Positions 62,040-64,000 of a stretch of 64,000 nt of DNA are shown here, one piece after another. Under the pieces are notes generated by a model. It made no database searches. It saw only the letters and a program-made list of their open reading frames with translations, and had not been told where the DNA came from. This DNA comes from Gnetum montanum (lineage: Eukaryota > Plantae > Gnetophyta): the NCBI GenBank assembly GCA_015680685.1, contig MNCI01003484.1, forward strand, positions 472,551 through 536,550. The letters run 5' to 3'. A program made the position numbers and the translations under genes. Every line of letters starts with the position of its first letter. Position 1 is the stretch's first letter.

Positions 62040-64000
62040 TAATGATCATTTTTTGCAATGGAAATAGTGGAGGAGATTATAGACTATCTTCAAATTTGCT
62101 TTCCATTTTTCATCAGTGGAATCTTTCTTACTGAGCACTATCTTACATCCTGTTAGCTCGTCGCACAATTGCTTGATGTACTTAGTGGCACTCCTTGCTA
62201 CAATCGTTGATTTCTCCTTTCTTTTGATTTGGGTCTTCAACATCTCTATCTAAATCGATTGATCATCCATGTCCTTTTGTCATTCTTTCTCTTTTCTTTG
62301 CATAAACAGGACTAAAACTATGAGTTATGAACAAAAAGAGAAAAAGGGAAGATAAAAGAATAAGAATTATTACCTAAAATCAATTTTTGTCAATTTGAGG
62401 AATTCATTCATGAGTCTCTAGATAGTGAGCCAAACATGTTGCACTCTCTAATTCTTCTAAGAGTTGCTCCAGATCTTTGACAACTTTTGGAGCATCCTTA
62501 GGAATTGGATGTAAAGATGATGGAACTCCAACCTATACCAAATCATAGTCTTCCTTGAAGTTGCATGACTAAGACTTCTATAAGTGCTAAACATTCTCAC
62601 AAATAGAATAGGGTTTGTTATCAAAATTTTTCTAATGAAGATGCCGAAGAATCACAAGTTCTCCTTTGGAAGTTGCCACTATCTATCCGATCAAATAAGA
62701 AGAACCCAAGATAGAGAAAGAAGAAATCATCGAAATAGACTCAGGAGTTGGTGTTGGTACTACCTATGCAAAGATACCTACTAAAAGTGTCATAGAAAAA
62801 GAAGGCATGCCTGGTGATCTAGATGGAGGAATGGGAGTCTATTCAGAAGTGGTGCTTGCATCATCTCTATCCATCTCTTGGATAAAGTACCTCCACTCTA
62901 CAAACATCTACAATACAAAAAGATTAACATCATACAAGATATAAGAAAGGAAAAAGGAAAGTATTCAAACCTTGAAATAATTAAAACTTACCTCTAGTTC
63001 CTTTCCTTTATCTTGTCTTATACTTTGTTGTTGAATTTTCTATTGGGATTGTTGTTGAGCTTGTGGTTGGGCTTTTTGTATAACTACTAGGTTACCAAAA
63101 CCTTGTCTAGTATGTTGCATCTGCAAAAAAAAAAGGAGAATTTATTAGGAAAGTAAATAAGACATTAAACAAGTGATTATATATATTATATATATACCTT
63201 GAGAGTGGTAAGTGTGATTTGTTCTCATGACTAAACTCTTTGAAAGGTTGAAGCCCTTTGAATAGATGAAGTACCATTAGCCTATGTAGTTTGAGCACCT
63301 TCTTTTGAAATTTGTGCAACCTAGATCAGTTCATGTTGCATCTCAAATTTTATTGTCAATAAATACATGAAGAAACATAAGAATAATATAAATATAAAAA
63401 TACATAAACACGTAAAATATCTCACTACTTCCTTCTTGATTTCTAGCCTGCTACAAAACCAGTTTTATCTTCTTCAAGAAATTTAGGACATAAATTGAGA
63501 TCATATCGACTAACGAGTTTGGCTAAAGGATTGTAATTAATAATTAAACACATGATCAAGGATATGCAGCATATGGTATATGGTTTATTGGTATTTTATT
63601 TGGTGGCAGTAGCTCCACTCATGGCATTATAAAAAGCAAAAAAACAAGACAGTGACTAATCATAAACTTGGCCAGATATGACACCATGAAGTATATAGAT
63701 GGAAAAATTAGTAACATAAGATTGGTGTTGATGCTACAGAACCATATTATGGATTAACTAACATAATTCAAAGTGAATTTTACTAATGAAATCTCTAGAA
63801 TGAAATTGGCTTTTTTTGATAGCAGAATCCATAACATAATCAAATAATTTTTTTTTGCAAAAAAATTTATATTTAGGAGAGAAAAGTGATGGAATTAAAG
63901 GATCCTCCCCTCAGTGAAAACTTAAGGTTGTTCAAATATTAGATGAAATAATCATTATCAGTTCAAAAAATAGTTGGGAAGTGGTGCTTATACTATTATG
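62040..64000 (-). pseudogene. Second degenerate multi-exon transposon accessory gene (Transposase_32/PMD-like core, Q- and S/P-rich linker, coiled-coil end); 5' end beyond the window
   Basis: GT...AG introns 63197-63121 (77 nt) and 62991-62908 (84 nt); donor at 62373; phase-0 exon MQHTRQGFGN...RQDKGKELE; IYILHGVISGQVYD*SL at about 63680 resembles HIIRAILEMGVNYN*AQFL at about 41940. Confidence 0.55.

Overview
AT-rich plant nuclear DNA, probably from a seed plant, made almost entirely of nested, mutation-eroded retroelements. Most lesions are C>T/G>A, there is one 365-N gap, and no intact host gene is visible. 1-31 kb holds old Athila-type LTR elements (five TGAT...ATCA LTRs, a Transposase_32/env-like ORF relic), an RTE LINE fragment, a Tekay-like non-autonomous element, two tRNA-derived SINE-like heads and a divergent histone H2B pseudogene (9140-9536, -) with H2B.S-like residues. 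The main feature is a complete Ty3/Gypsy Tat-clade element at 33207-60900 (+): LTRs, tRNA-Asn PBS, PPT, near-perfect TSD, and order gag-PR // RT-RH-aRH-INT. Its PR and RT are separated by about 6 kb of non-pol sequence carrying an ANTISENSE eight-exon gene of about 1100 aa. By my manual translation the protein has an FCP1/NIF (HAD) phosphatase-like domain with degenerate catalytic motifs, a Transposase_32-like domain, an acidic region and a coiled coil. A related non-autonomous element (42545-51765, -; gag-PR fused in frame to the integrase C-terminus) sits in intron 3 of that gene. A second, related intron-containing minus-strand gene relic runs off the right edge. All domain calls are motif recognition by eye, not database searches.
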